A stretch of 64,000 nucleotides of DNA from an uncultured Collinsella sp. (GTDB taxonomy: Bacteria; Actinomycetota; Coriobacteriia; Coriobacteriales; Coriobacteriaceae), in contig CAAEUX010000102.1 in assembly GCA_900759335.1 (NCBI GenBank), positions 78,713-142,712 on the forward strand. The letters are read 5' to 3'. Of the stretch, positions 1 to 10,857 are shown piece by piece. The position numbers and the translations under genes were made by a program. The notes under the pieces were generated by a model, which was not told where the DNA came from, did no database searches, and saw only the letters and a program-made list of their open reading frames with translations. How positions within the stretch are numbered: position 1 is the first letter of the stretch; each line of letters opens with the position of its first letter.

Positions 1-29
1 ATGCTTAATTTCCAAAAGGTGGATTCCAT

Positions 30-1028
30 TTGGCACGATCTTCGGGTTTCTCCACAAATCTGAATACCAAGCGACAATCAACGGGTATGCGCCCGTTGAT
101 TGTTTTCAGCCTGATTTCGGTGTTGCTGCTCACGTTTTACATCCGCGAGGGCGAGGCAGGACCGATTCATGCCGTGCGCTCGGGCGTGACGACGATTACC
201 TCGCCGGTGCGCTTTGTGGGTTCGGCCGTGGCGGCTCCCTTCAATGCGATCGGCAACGTGTTCTCTAACCTAACGGCGTCGCAGGACACGCTCGACGAGC
301 TCAAGAAACAAAACGAGGAGCTGACCTCTAAGGTTGCTGAGCTCTCCGAGGCTCAAAAGACCGCTGAGCGTCTGGAGGGGCTGGTCGGCCTGCAGTCGAC
401 CTACAACCTTAAATCGACCGCAGCTCGTATCGTTGGTGCCTCGGGCGATGCCTGGACCTCGACCGTCACGATTGATAAGGGTTCTGCCGACGGGCTTACC
501 ATCAACATGCCTGTGACGAGTTCGGCCGGTGTTATCGGCCAGATCATCGAAGTCTCGGCCAAAACGTCCACCGTGCGCCTGATTGGCGACGAGAACTCCG
601 GCGTATCCGCCATGGTGCAGGACACGCGCGCCCAGGGCATGCTGCAGGGTCAGGCTGACGGCACGCTGCGTCTTGAGTACGTGAGCGTCGACTCCGATGT
701 TAAGGTTGGCGACATCATCGTGACCTCGGGCATCGGTGGCGTGTTCCCCAAGGGTCTACCGCTCGGCACCGTCTCGTCGGTTGAGAAATCGGCAAACGAT
801 GTGTACTACACCATTGTGGTGCGCGCTCAGACGACGGCCGAGAACAACGAGGAAGTGCTGGTCATTACCTCGCTGACCGACGAACAGTCGGCCTCGGATG
901 AGGACGTGAGTACGGCCAACAGCACGCCGCAGGGAACGTCGCGCGATGCTGCGACCAAGACGAAGGACGAGAGTTCGGATGACAGTTCCGACACGTCCGA
1001 GACGACCGATTCCGGCTCGAGCGAATAG
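30..1028 (+). CDS. mreC: Rod shape-determining protein MreC. Start is ambiguous: TTG at 30 or ATG at 87; an in-frame stop at 6-8 rules out anything further upstream.
   Basis: N-terminal TM helix, coiled-coil (LDELKKQNEELTSKVAELSEAQK), beta-rich C-terminal domain and S/D-rich tail. Position at the head of mreD-PBP2-rodA. Confidence 0.85.
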   Translation: MARSSGFSTNLNTKRQSTGMRPLIVFSLISVLLLTFYIREGEAGPIHAVRSGVTTITSPVRFVGSAVAAPFNAIGNVFSNLTASQDTLDELKKQNEELTSKVAELSEAQKTAERLEGLVGLQSTYNLKSTAARIVGASGDAWTSTVTIDKGSADGLTINMPVTSSAGVIGQIIEVSAKTSTVRLIGDENSGVSAMVQDTRAQGMLQGQADGTLRLEYVSVDSDVKVGDIIVTSGIGGVFPKGLPLGTVSSVEKSANDVYYTIVVRAQTTAENNEEVLVITSLTDEQSASDEDVSTANSTPQGTSRDAATKTKDESSDDSSDTSETTDSGSSE

Positions 1029-1033
1029 GGGGC

Positions 1034-1606
1034 ATGTCCATGGATCTACACGAGCAGGGGATGAGCTCCCGTACGTTTGTAATCGCCGCCATCGTGTGCG
1101 TGCTGCTGCAGGCAGGCCTGGCACCGCAGATCTCCATTGCGGGCGGTCGCGTCAACTTCATGATTATCCTGGTGTGCCTAAGCGTGTTCTCGGGCGACCC
1201 GACCCGTGCCGTCGTGTGCGGTTTTTGCAGCGGCTTGTTTTATGACCTGTCCGCTGCCGTGCCGGTGGGCGTTATGTCGCTCCTGCTGACCGTGGGTTCT
1301 TTTGCCCTGGTGCACAGCGCCGTCGGTCAGACGGGCGGTACCCCGAGCGCGCGCGGCGTCACTGTGGGCGCCTTTGCGCTCGTCATTAATGTGATCTACA
1401 GCATCATCTTGCTGTTTATGGGTTTGGAGACGAGCTTTGTCGTGGCGATCTTCGGCCATGCGCTGCCGTCCTCGATCCTGACGGGTCTGGTTGCCATTCC
1501 GTTTTTGATGTCCGGCGTCGTGCCGCAGTCCGGCTATGGATTCTCCGCACGTGGCGGACGCCAGGCGGGTATGCGCTTTAAGCCCAAGACCCGCAAGCTC
1601 AAATAG
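1034..1606 (+). CDS. mreD: Rod shape-determining protein MreD (polytopic membrane protein)
   Basis: About 190 aa, multiple hydrophobic helices, immediately downstream of mreC and upstream of PBP2. Confidence 0.7.
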   Translation: MSMDLHEQGMSSRTFVIAAIVCVLLQAGLAPQISIAGGRVNFMIILVCLSVFSGDPTRAVVCGFCSGLFYDLSAAVPVGVMSLLLTVGSFALVHSAVGQTGGTPSARGVTVGAFALVINVIYSIILLFMGLETSFVVAIFGHALPSSILTGLVAIPFLMSGVVPQSGYGFSARGGRQAGMRFKPKTRKLK

Positions 1607-1619
1607 GGGAGGCCCGTAG

Positions 1620-3689
1620 ATGTCTTCCCAGTTGACGGTTATTATCGCCGGTATCGTGCTGGTTGTGGCCATCGTGGTCGCGCTGGTCATCATGCGTCGT
1701 GGCGATTCCCGTTTTACCTACGATACGCAGCATGGAACGGCCCCGCGCGCCACCGAGGGCGAGGGCAATACCGCGGCGACCGCCTTTAAGGGCCGCTTTT
1801 CCATCCTCACCACGGGTGTGGGCGCGATGTTTGCGGCGCTTGCCGTCAAGCTGTGGGGCATGCAGATGGTCTCATCGGACTATTACGAGAAGCAGGCCAA
1901 TAGTAATCAGACTCGCACCGTTACAACACCCGCTGTGCGCGGTCGCATCCTCGACCGCAATGGCGTGGCGCTTGTCCAGAACCGTCCCTCACTTGCTGTC
2001 GTGGCCTACCGCGACCTTGCCGAGGATGAGGTTCTGGTTCGCCATCTTGCCAACGTGCTTGGAATGCCTTACGTGGCGGTCCTTCGCAATATTCAGGACA
2101 ATACAGAGGGCGCTCAGAGCCTGCATACCATCGCGACGGACGTCCGTCGCTCCACGGTTGCCTATATTCAGGAGCATGCCGGCGAGTTCCCGGGCGTCAA
2201 GATTGCCGAGCGTACCGAGCGCCAGTATCCATATGGCGAGACGGCATGCCATATCTTGGGCTATACCGGCACCATTACCTCCGAGCAGCTCGAGGCCCAG
2301 AATAAGAAAACCTCTGGCGATGATGATGCTTCTGCTGGCAAGATTACGTACCAGTCGGGCGATATCGTGGGCCAGGCGGGCGTTGAGAGCTACTACGAAA
2401 ACTTGCTGCAGGGTATTCGTGGCGAGCAGACCGTCAAGGTCGATGCATCGGGCAATGTGACCGGTCAGGCCGGCGCTGTGCCCGCGAAGGCCGGCTCCGA
2501 CATTAAGCTCACGCTCGACCTTAAGATCCAGCAGGCCTGTGAGACGGCGCTGGCGAGCGCTATCGAGCTTGCCAAGACCACCGGCTACAGCAATGCCGGC
2601 AACGGCGCTGTGGTGTGTCTCGATCCCAACAATGGCGAGATCCTGGGCATGGCGAGCGAGCCCAAGTTTGATCCGTCCGTCTTTATCGGCGGCGTCTCAA
2701 ATGACGTGTGGACCGAGCTCAATGATGACAAGGGTTCGCACCCGCTGCTCAACCGCGCCATTAGCGGACAGTACATGTCGGCCTCGACCATCAAGCCGCT
2801 CTCGGCACTGGCCGGTCTTGAGTTTGGAACCTACACGTCGGGGCAGACGACCAACTGCACGGGTTATTGGACGGGTCTGGGCAAATCTTGGGGCAAGTAC
2901 TGCTGGCTGCATTCCGGCCACGGCACCATGACGCTGCAGTCGGGTATCGCCAACTCGTGCGACCCTGTCTTCTACGACATGGGCAAGGCGTTCTTTTATG
3001 ACGAGCAACATCCCGAGGGTCTGCAGGAGGTCTTTCGTCGCTGGGGTCTAGGCAAGACCTGCGGTATCGATCTGCCGAGTGAGGGCGCGGGCCGTATTCC
3101 CGATGCCGAGTGGAAAGAGTCGTACTTCACCGACGCATCTGCCGAGGACCGCAAGTGGAATGCCGGCGATATGACCAACATTGCCATCGGTCAGGGCGAC
3201 ATCCTGGTGACGCCCCTGCAGATGGCGTGCGCCTATATGGGTCTTGCCAACGGCGGCAAACAGTACGTGCCTCACGTGTTTTTGTCTGCCGTGTCGCGCG
3301 ATGGCGACGGCGATGCCTATAAGTACAACGGCAAGGGCAAGAAGAAGCGCCTGGAGGCCAAGATCAACAGCGATTCGGATTTGGCTCTTGTTCGCAACGG
3401 CATGCACGATGTGATTTACACGGCATCGACGTCCCTGGCGGCTCACTTTGGCACCCTGACGCCGCAGGTATACGGCAAGTCGGGCACGGGCGAGAAAAGC
3501 GGCGAGGACGAATATGCGTGGTTCTGCGCCTATGCACCGGCCGATGACCCCAAGTATGTCATCGCTACTGTCCTGGAGCAGGGCGGCGGCGGCTCAGATA
3601 CCGCGATGCATGTCGTGCGCGACGTGCTCGGCGTGATTTATGACGAGCCCGATACCTCTTCGGCCTCGGGCGATTCTTCGGTTCGATAG
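1620..3689 (+). CDS. mrdA: Penicillin-binding protein 2 (peptidoglycan D,D-transpeptidase, elongasome)
   Basis: N-terminal TM, PBP dimerisation domain, transpeptidase motifs SASTIKP (SxxK), SGN-like, KSGT. Synteny with rodA. Confidence 0.9.
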   Translation: MSSQLTVIIAGIVLVVAIVVALVIMRRGDSRFTYDTQHGTAPRATEGEGNTAATAFKGRFSILTTGVGAMFAALAVKLWGMQMVSSDYYEKQANSNQTRTVTTPAVRGRILDRNGVALVQNRPSLAVVAYRDLAEDEVLVRHLANVLGMPYVAVLRNIQDNTEGAQSLHTIATDVRRSTVAYIQEHAGEFPGVKIAERTERQYPYGETACHILGYTGTITSEQLEAQNKKTSGDDDASAGKITYQSGDIVGQAGVESYYENLLQGIRGEQTVKVDASGNVTGQAGAVPAKAGSDIKLTLDLKIQQACETALASAIELAKTTGYSNAGNGAVVCLDPNNGEILGMASEPKFDPSVFIGGVSNDVWTELNDDKGSHPLLNRAISGQYMSASTIKPLSALAGLEFGTYTSGQTTNCTGYWTGLGKSWGKYCWLHSGHGTMTLQSGIANSCDPVFYDMGKAFFYDEQHPEGLQEVFRRWGLGKTCGIDLPSEGAGRIPDAEWKESYFTDASAEDRKWNAGDMTNIAIGQGDILVTPLQMACAYMGLANGGKQYVPHVFLSAVSRDGDGDAYKYNGKGKKKRLEAKINSDSDLALVRNGMHDVIYTASTSLAAHFGTLTPQVYGKSGTGEKSGEDEYAWFCAYAPADDPKYVIATVLEQGGGGSDTAMHVVRDVLGVIYDEPDTSSASGDSSVR

Positions 3690-3698
3690 GAGGTTGCG

Positions 3699-4925
3699 AT
3701 GGATTTTTCTCCGGCGGATCTGTTCCGTTCAACCAAGACCGGCTCTCGCAGCAGCCTGGACCGCGTCAACAAGCAACTTTCGGCCTCGCGTGGCACGTTT
3801 CGCCAAAAAGTGCATATCGGTGTGCTCGTGGCTACTGTGGCGCTCGTCGCCTACGGTGCCATCATTATCTGGTCGGCTTCGCAGTTTAAGGCCGATGCTT
3901 CGTTCTCGCGCCATCTGCTGGGAATTGGCATCGGCACGGTGCTGGCGGTGCTGGTCTGGCGCTCCGACCTGCGCGGTATTTCCAATTTCTCGACGGCGTT
4001 GCTCGTCATCGACCTGATCGTGATCCTCTCGCCCAAGATTCCGGGTCTGTCCTATACGGGCGGTCTGGGCATGACGGGCTGGATCAAGATTCCCGGTATC
4101 GGCTTGACATTCCAGCCGGTTGAGCTTGCCAAGCTCATCACCATCTTCTTTATTGCTACGCTTGGCTCGCAGTATAACGGTCGCATCGATACCGTTCGCG
4201 ACTACGTCAAGCTCTGCGGCATGCTGTCCATTCCGTTTTTGGCCGTCGTTGCCATGGGCGACCTGGGCTCGGGCCTGGTCGTGCTGGTTTCGGGCGCCAT
4301 CGTCATCTGTATGAGCGGTGCACGCCGCGAATGGGTGCTGTCGACCCTGGCCCTGCTCGTGGGCCTGGTGGCCCTCGTCCTGGCGCTCGATTCTGTCTTT
4401 GATTCGTTGCTCGGCCACGATGTGCTCATCAAACAGTATCAGATGAACCGTCTGACGGTCTTTATCGACCCCGATAATGCCGATTCGGACGATGCGTACA
4501 ATCTGCAGCAGTCGTTGATCGCGGTCGGCTCGGGCGGCTTCTTTGGTAAGGGCCTGGGGCATGCGACGCAGTCGGCCGGCGGCTTTCTGCCTGAGTTCCA
4601 CACCGACTTCGTCTTCGCCTTTTTGTCCGAGACCTTTGGCTTCTGCGGCTCCTTTTTGCTGCTGTGCTTGTACGTACTGCTCATCTTCTCGACGATCCGC
4701 GTTGCCTTTAAGTGCGAGTCTCTGTTCCTACGCTTATCATGCGTAGGTATCGTCGGCATGTGGGCGTTCCAGACCTTCGAAAACATCGGCATGTGCATCG
4801 GCATGATGCCGATTACCGGTATTCCGCTACCGTTTATTAGCTTCGGTTCGTCTTCGATGATGATTCAGCTGCTGACGGTGGGTATCGTACAATCCATATG
4901 GCGGCATCGTTCGGGCGCCGCGTAA
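3699..4925 (+). CDS. rodA: Peptidoglycan glycosyltransferase RodA (SEDS family, FtsW/RodA/SpoVE)
   Basis: Ten-TM SEDS architecture with conserved GGxxGKGLG-like motif (GSGGFFGKGLGH). Follows PBP2. Confidence 0.9.
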   Translation: MDFSPADLFRSTKTGSRSSLDRVNKQLSASRGTFRQKVHIGVLVATVALVAYGAIIIWSASQFKADASFSRHLLGIGIGTVLAVLVWRSDLRGISNFSTALLVIDLIVILSPKIPGLSYTGGLGMTGWIKIPGIGLTFQPVELAKLITIFFIATLGSQYNGRIDTVRDYVKLCGMLSIPFLAVVAMGDLGSGLVVLVSGAIVICMSGARREWVLSTLALLVGLVALVLALDSVFDSLLGHDVLIKQYQMNRLTVFIDPDNADSDDAYNLQQSLIAVGSGGFFGKGLGHATQSAGGFLPEFHTDFVFAFLSETFGFCGSFLLLCLYVLLIFSTIRVAFKCESLFLRLSCVGIVGMWAFQTFENIGMCIGMMPITGIPLPFISFGSSSMMIQLLTVGIVQSIWRHRSGAA

Positions 4926-4943
4926 CCGCTGGAGGGGTTTGCT

Positions 4944-5873
4944 ATGAAAATTCCCGTAGATAAGCTGACCCGCGCTTTTAAGATGGGCGCGTCCGTTAAG
5001 AAGGATTCCGATACGCCGGTGCGCATCTCGGTCTATCTGGATTCGTCCGCCTCGCGCTTTCTGGCCGAGACGGTGCGTGACGCCTTTGTGCCGCAGACGA
5101 CCTCGGGCATTGTGCGCGTCGAGCGTCTGGGGGAGGAGCGAATAGCTCCAAAGACCGATACCGATGTGGTGCTGGTGCTCTCGTGTGGTTCCGACCGCTT
5201 GGAGAGTGCCGTGCAGGAGCTCGTGATCGCCGGTGCGCCCGTGTGCGTGCTTGCCGAGTCTGCTGTGGAGGTGCCGTTTATCGAGGAGTCCACGCCCATG
5301 CTCGGCGTGGTAGCGGCAACCGATAAGACGTATCTGCTCGAGACGCTTGCCCGCTGGATTCTCGATCGCACCGACAAGGAAACGGCCTTTGCGGCGAACT
5401 TTGCCTTCATGCGCATCGCGGCGGCCAATCGTATCATCACCTCGTGCGCGCTCACCAATATGGCGACCGGTGCGCTGGTGTTTTTGCCGGGCGCCGATTA
5501 TCCCGTTATGGCGCTGGCGCAGGTGGGCATGCTCTTTGAGCTCGCTGCCGTCTTTGGACGCGGCATTAAGCCCGAGCGCTGCTACGAGGTCGCGGGCGTG
5601 CTTGCCGGCGGCTTGGTGATCCGCGCGGTCACCCGCGCGCTCGTCAAGCAGACGCCGCATATTGGGTTTGCCGTCAAGGCGCTCACTGCTGCCGCGGGCA
5701 CCTATGGCATGGGCCGTGCGCTCGTTTCGCTCTACGAGCGCGATGTCGACTACAGCCGTGCCAACGAGGTGGTCACTGCCACGTTCTCCCGCGTTCGCAA
5801 TCTGGTGACCACGGTCGCGGGCGCTACCCGTCCTATAGCGTCCTACCAAGACGCATCCGATCTCGCTGCTTAG
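4944..5873 (+). CDS. Conserved hypothetical protein, 309 aa; no recognisable motif.
   Basis: Long ORF with good codon usage, RBS-spaced 18 bp after rodA, apparently co-transcribed. N-terminal half alpha/beta-like (VVLVLSCGSDRLESAVQELVIAGAPVCVLAES). C-terminal half rich in amphipathic Ala/Gly helices. Confidence 0.5.
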   Translation: MKIPVDKLTRAFKMGASVKKDSDTPVRISVYLDSSASRFLAETVRDAFVPQTTSGIVRVERLGEERIAPKTDTDVVLVLSCGSDRLESAVQELVIAGAPVCVLAESAVEVPFIEESTPMLGVVAATDKTYLLETLARWILDRTDKETAFAANFAFMRIAAANRIITSCALTNMATGALVFLPGADYPVMALAQVGMLFELAAVFGRGIKPERCYEVAGVLAGGLVIRAVTRALVKQTPHIGFAVKALTAAAGTYGMGRALVSLYERDVDYSRANEVVTATFSRVRNLVTTVAGATRPIASYQDASDLAA

Positions 5874-5883
5874 GGGTTTTCCG

Positions 5884-7761
5884 TTGCGCGTTCCGTACCA
5901 AGATTGTTTTCATTTAATTGAGCCGTTGCTCGCCAAGGTCGAGAAGCCGAGTCGCTATATCGATCACGAGTGGGGCACGCTTTCCAAGGCCGATGCCGAC
6001 TACCGTTGCTGCCTGATCTATCCGGATGTGTACGAGGTCGGTCTGCCCAACCAGGGTATCGCCATCCTCTACAACATCCTTAACCAGGCCGAGGGCATCT
6101 CCTGCGAACGTGGCTATGTGCCGTGGCCCGATATGGGTGATGCCATGCGCGAGGCAGGCATTCCGCTGCTCTCGCTCGAGGGTGCAGCGCCGGTCGCTTC
6201 GTTTGATATCGTCGGTTTGCATGTGCCGCACGAGATGGCGGTGACGAACTTCCTCGAGGCTCTCGACCTCGCTGGCATTCCGCTGTTAGCGGCTGACCGC
6301 ACCGAGGACGACCCCATTATCATCGCCGGCGGCCCCTCGGTGTACAACCCCGAGCCGTACGCGGCCTTCTTCGATGCCATCCTCATCGGTGAGGGCGAGG
6401 AATCGCTGCTCGAGACCTGCCAGCTGCATCGTCGCCTGCGTGATGAAGGAGTCCCGCGCGCGCAGATTGTCGAGCAGCTTGCATCCATTGCCGGCAACTA
6501 CGTGCCGTCGCTCTATGAGGTTCGTCACGACGAGCCCTGCTCGCCGCATGGCTACACCGTGCCGCGTGAAGGCAAGGATGCGCCGACCGTGGTCTACAAG
6601 CGCGTCGTTGAGGATTTCGGCGCCACGAATCCGCTGTCGCAGTCGTGCGTGCTCTATGCGCAGCTGGTTCACGACCGCCTGTCTATCGAGATCCTGCGCG
6701 GCTGCGCCCGCGGCTGTCGTTTTTGTCAGGCCGGCATGACGTATCGCCCAGTGCGCGAGCGCTCGGCCGACCAGATTGTCTCGTCGGTGATTCAGGGTCT
6801 GGAAAAGACTGGCTATGACGAGGTGTCGCTGACCTCGCTCTCCACGACCGACCACTCCTGCATTCGCGACGTGCTCGGCAGGCTCAACCGTCGCCTGGAG
6901 GATACGGGTATTCGCGTGTCTATTCCGTCGCAGCGCCTGGATTCGTTTGGCGTGGATATGGCCGAGTCGGTTGCCGGCGAAAAGAAGGGCGGCCTGACGT
7001 TCGCGCCCGAGGCCGGCAGCCAGCGCATGCGCGACATCATTAACAAGAACGTGACCGAGGAGGACCTGGACCGTGCGGCCAAGGCGGCCTTCGAGGCCGG
7101 CTGGAACCGCATGAAGCTCTACTTTATGATGGGCCTTCCCGGCGAGCGCGACGAGGACATCGTGGCCATCGCCAATCTGGCCGATCACGTGCTGGAGCTC
7201 GGTCGTTCCGTGGTGCCCAAGGCTCGTCGCGGCTCGATCTCGGTGTCGATCTCGGTTTCGGTCTTTATCCCCAAGGCTGCCACGCCGTTCCAGTGGTGCC
7301 CGCAGCTCGATTACGACGACGTCAAACGTCGCCAGAAGTTGCTTATCACGAGCGTTCGCAACCGTGCCGTCCGCGTGCATTACCACGATGCCGAGACCTC
7401 GCTCATCGAGGCCGCACTGTCCCGCGCCGGTCGTGACATGACGCCCGTCATCATCGACGCTTGGCGCTCGGGCTCTCGCTTTGACGCCTGGGTAGAGCAT
7501 TTCTCGCTCGATAACTGGAAGGAGGCTGCTGCCAAAAACGGCATCGACCTCAATGAGCTCGTGCACCTGCCCTACGAGTTGGACTGGCGCCTGCCGTGGG
7601 AGCACGTGAGCCCCGGCTGCACACGCGGCTTTCTCGAGCGCGAGTACCGTCGCTCGCTCGAGGGCGTCACGACTCCCGACTGCACCCGCACGTCGTGCAC
7701 CGGCTGCGGGATCTGCCCCACGCTCCACGCCAAGAATGTATTGATGGGTGATCGCGCATGA
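5884..7761 (+). CDS. Radical SAM protein, TIGR03960-like: N-terminal B12-binding-like domain plus radical SAM core.
   Basis: CxxxCxxC radical-SAM motif (CARGCRFCQAG). 625 aa. TTG start at 5884 with AGGGG 7 nt upstream. Followed by its usual partner, TIGR03936/DUF2344. Confidence 0.8.
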   Translation: MRVPYQDCFHLIEPLLAKVEKPSRYIDHEWGTLSKADADYRCCLIYPDVYEVGLPNQGIAILYNILNQAEGISCERGYVPWPDMGDAMREAGIPLLSLEGAAPVASFDIVGLHVPHEMAVTNFLEALDLAGIPLLAADRTEDDPIIIAGGPSVYNPEPYAAFFDAILIGEGEESLLETCQLHRRLRDEGVPRAQIVEQLASIAGNYVPSLYEVRHDEPCSPHGYTVPREGKDAPTVVYKRVVEDFGATNPLSQSCVLYAQLVHDRLSIEILRGCARGCRFCQAGMTYRPVRERSADQIVSSVIQGLEKTGYDEVSLTSLSTTDHSCIRDVLGRLNRRLEDTGIRVSIPSQRLDSFGVDMAESVAGEKKGGLTFAPEAGSQRMRDIINKNVTEEDLDRAAKAAFEAGWNRMKLYFMMGLPGERDEDIVAIANLADHVLELGRSVVPKARRGSISVSISVSVFIPKAATPFQWCPQLDYDDVKRRQKLLITSVRNRAVRVHYHDAETSLIEAALSRAGRDMTPVIIDAWRSGSRFDAWVEHFSLDNWKEAAAKNGIDLNELVHLPYELDWRLPWEHVSPGCTRGFLEREYRRSLEGVTTPDCTRTSCTGCGICPTLHAKNVLMGDRA

Positions 7762-8570
7762 GTGAGCGCCTGACCGACAACCCCTCGCTCTTTAGGCTTC
7801 GTGTTCGCTATGGCAAGCGCGATCGCCTTAAGTACCTGGGCCATCTCGAAGTGATCCATACCATTGAGCGCATCGTGCGCCGTGCGGGACTTCCCTATGC
7901 CGTCACGCAGGGCTTCTCTCCGCACATGCGCGTGGGCTTCTCTTCGGCGCTACCGGTGGGTACGTCGTCGACATGTGAGTGGTATGACCTGTTTATGACC
8001 GAGTTCGTGGCGCTCGACGAGGCGTTTGGGCGCCTGGCTGCGGCGTCTCCGGCCGATCTGGCGCCCATCGAGGCGGCGTACATCGACGTGCGCACGCCGG
8101 CGTTGACGGCGCAGCTCACGCGCCTGTCGTATCGCATCGACCTGCATCTGGACCCCGAGGCGCCCGTAAGCGCCGACGAGGTGCATCGTGCGATCGACAC
8201 GCTGCGCGCGGGCCATGGCATCGACTACGCGCGCGGAAAAAAGAGCAAGCGCTTGGATTTGGATCACACGCTCGTGGGCTATGAGCTCACGGCGGGGGAG
8301 CGCCCGGACCATTTGGTGCTCATGCTCGACACCCATGCCGACAACGAGGGCTCCATGCGTCCGGAAATTTTGCTTTCTGCTGCTGATGTTTTGTTGCAGG
8401 GCTTGACCCCGGGCGTGGATGCACCTATTGTTTCCACCGGTATGCAAGACCTCGTGACCATCTGCTCCTACGATGTCGAGCGTCAGAATCAAGCATGCGA
8501 GGACGACGAGGGCCGACTCGTCAGCCCCATACCTGTGCGAACTTGTGGATTTGCTCCACATACTCGTTGA
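7758..8570 (+). CDS. Radical-SAM-linked protein (TIGR03936 / DUF2344 family)
   Basis: ATGA overlap with the upstream radical SAM gene. N-terminal LRVRYGKRDRLKYLGHLEV... is typical of DUF2344. The pair is normally found between the cell-shape genes and rplU. Confidence 0.75.
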   Translation: MSERLTDNPSLFRLRVRYGKRDRLKYLGHLEVIHTIERIVRRAGLPYAVTQGFSPHMRVGFSSALPVGTSSTCEWYDLFMTEFVALDEAFGRLAAASPADLAPIEAAYIDVRTPALTAQLTRLSYRIDLHLDPEAPVSADEVHRAIDTLRAGHGIDYARGKKSKRLDLDHTLVGYELTAGERPDHLVLMLDTHADNEGSMRPEILLSAADVLLQGLTPGVDAPIVSTGMQDLVTICSYDVERQNQACEDDEGRLVSPIPVRTCGFAPHTR

Positions 8571-8595
8571 CGGGGTTATTTTCGCCTGCTACTAT
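8567..8595 (+). promoter_or_regulatory. Sigma-70-like promoter for rplU-rpmA-obg: TTGACG, 17 nt, TACTAT.
   Basis: TTGACG at 8567-8572 and TACTAT at 8590-8595, spaced 17 nt, about 40 nt upstream of the rplU ATG. The -35 overlaps the stop codon of the preceding gene. Confidence 0.55.
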
Positions 8596-8637
8596 ATTCG
8601 GCTGTTGCACTAACTGATGCATGAAGGGCAAGTAAAC

Positions 8638-9012
8638 ATGTACGCAATCGTTAACACGGGCGGCAAGCAGTACAAGGTCGCCACCGACGATGTCATCACC
8701 GTCGAGAAGATCGAGGGCAATGAGGGCGACAAGGTCACCCTGCCGGTTATCTTCCTCAACGATGGTAAGAAGATCGTCACCGATCCCGACAAGCTGGCCA
8801 AGGCCAAGGTTACCGCTCAGATCGTTGAGCAGTTCAAGGGCGAGAAGCAGCTGGTCTTCAAGTTCCACAAGCGTAAGCGCTATCGTCGTCTGAAGGGTCA
8901 CCGTCAGCAGCTCACCAAGCTGAAGATCGTGAAGGTCCAGGCTACCTCCCGCGCCAAGAAGGCTGTCAAGGCAGAGGCTGAGGCTGTTGCCGAGGCTCCC
9001 GTCGCCGAGTAG
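8638..9012 (+). CDS. rplU: 50S ribosomal protein L21, with an Ala/Lys/Glu-rich C-terminal tail
   Basis: MYAIVNTGGKQYKV... is the canonical L21 N-terminus. ATG at 8638 chosen over the upstream in-frame TTG at 8617. Confidence 0.9.
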   Translation: MYAIVNTGGKQYKVATDDVITVEKIEGNEGDKVTLPVIFLNDGKKIVTDPDKLAKAKVTAQIVEQFKGEKQLVFKFHKRKRYRRLKGHRQQLTKLKIVKVQATSRAKKAVKAEAEAVAEAPVAE

Positions 9013-9045
9013 ATTACACTCGTAACGAAAGAGTAGGTATACACA

Positions 9046-9303
9046 ATGGCACACAAAAAAGGACTCGGTTCCTCCCGTAATGGCCGTGACTCCCGCGGTC
9101 AGCGCCTTGGCACGAAGCGCTATGCCGGCCAGACGGTAACCACGGGCACGATTCTCGTCCGTCAGCACGGCACGCACATCCACCCGGGTGAGAACGTTGG
9201 CCGTGGTAAGGACGACACGCTGTTCGCGCTGGTCGACGGTACCGTTGAGTTCCACAAGGGTATCAAGCACAGGGTCAGCGTACGCCCGCTCGCGAACGCG
9301 TAA
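9046..9303 (+). CDS. rpmA: 50S ribosomal protein L27
   Basis: [22 protein letters not shown]... is canonical L27. Confidence 0.95.
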   Translation: MAHKKGLGSSRNGRDSRGQRLGTKRYAGQTVTTGTILVRQHGTHIHPGENVGRGKDDTLFALVDGTVEFHKGIKHRVSVRPLANA

Positions 9304-9375
9304 TTCACCCTTCATAGAGCACATATGTGGGAGGCACTTGAGTTTTAGGATTCAAGGGTCTCCCTCTTTTTGTAG

Positions 9376-10854
<1,479 letters not shown>

Positions 10855-10857
10855 GCC

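Noticed and set aside
6286-7728. 480-aa minus-strand ORF inside the radical SAM gene
   Set aside because: Antisense artefact with no motifs; it overlaps a gene with a clear CxxxCxxC signature.
8521-9324. 267-aa minus-strand ORF spanning rplU and rpmA
   Set aside because: It overlaps two canonical ribosomal protein genes on the opposite strand and has a low-complexity translation.
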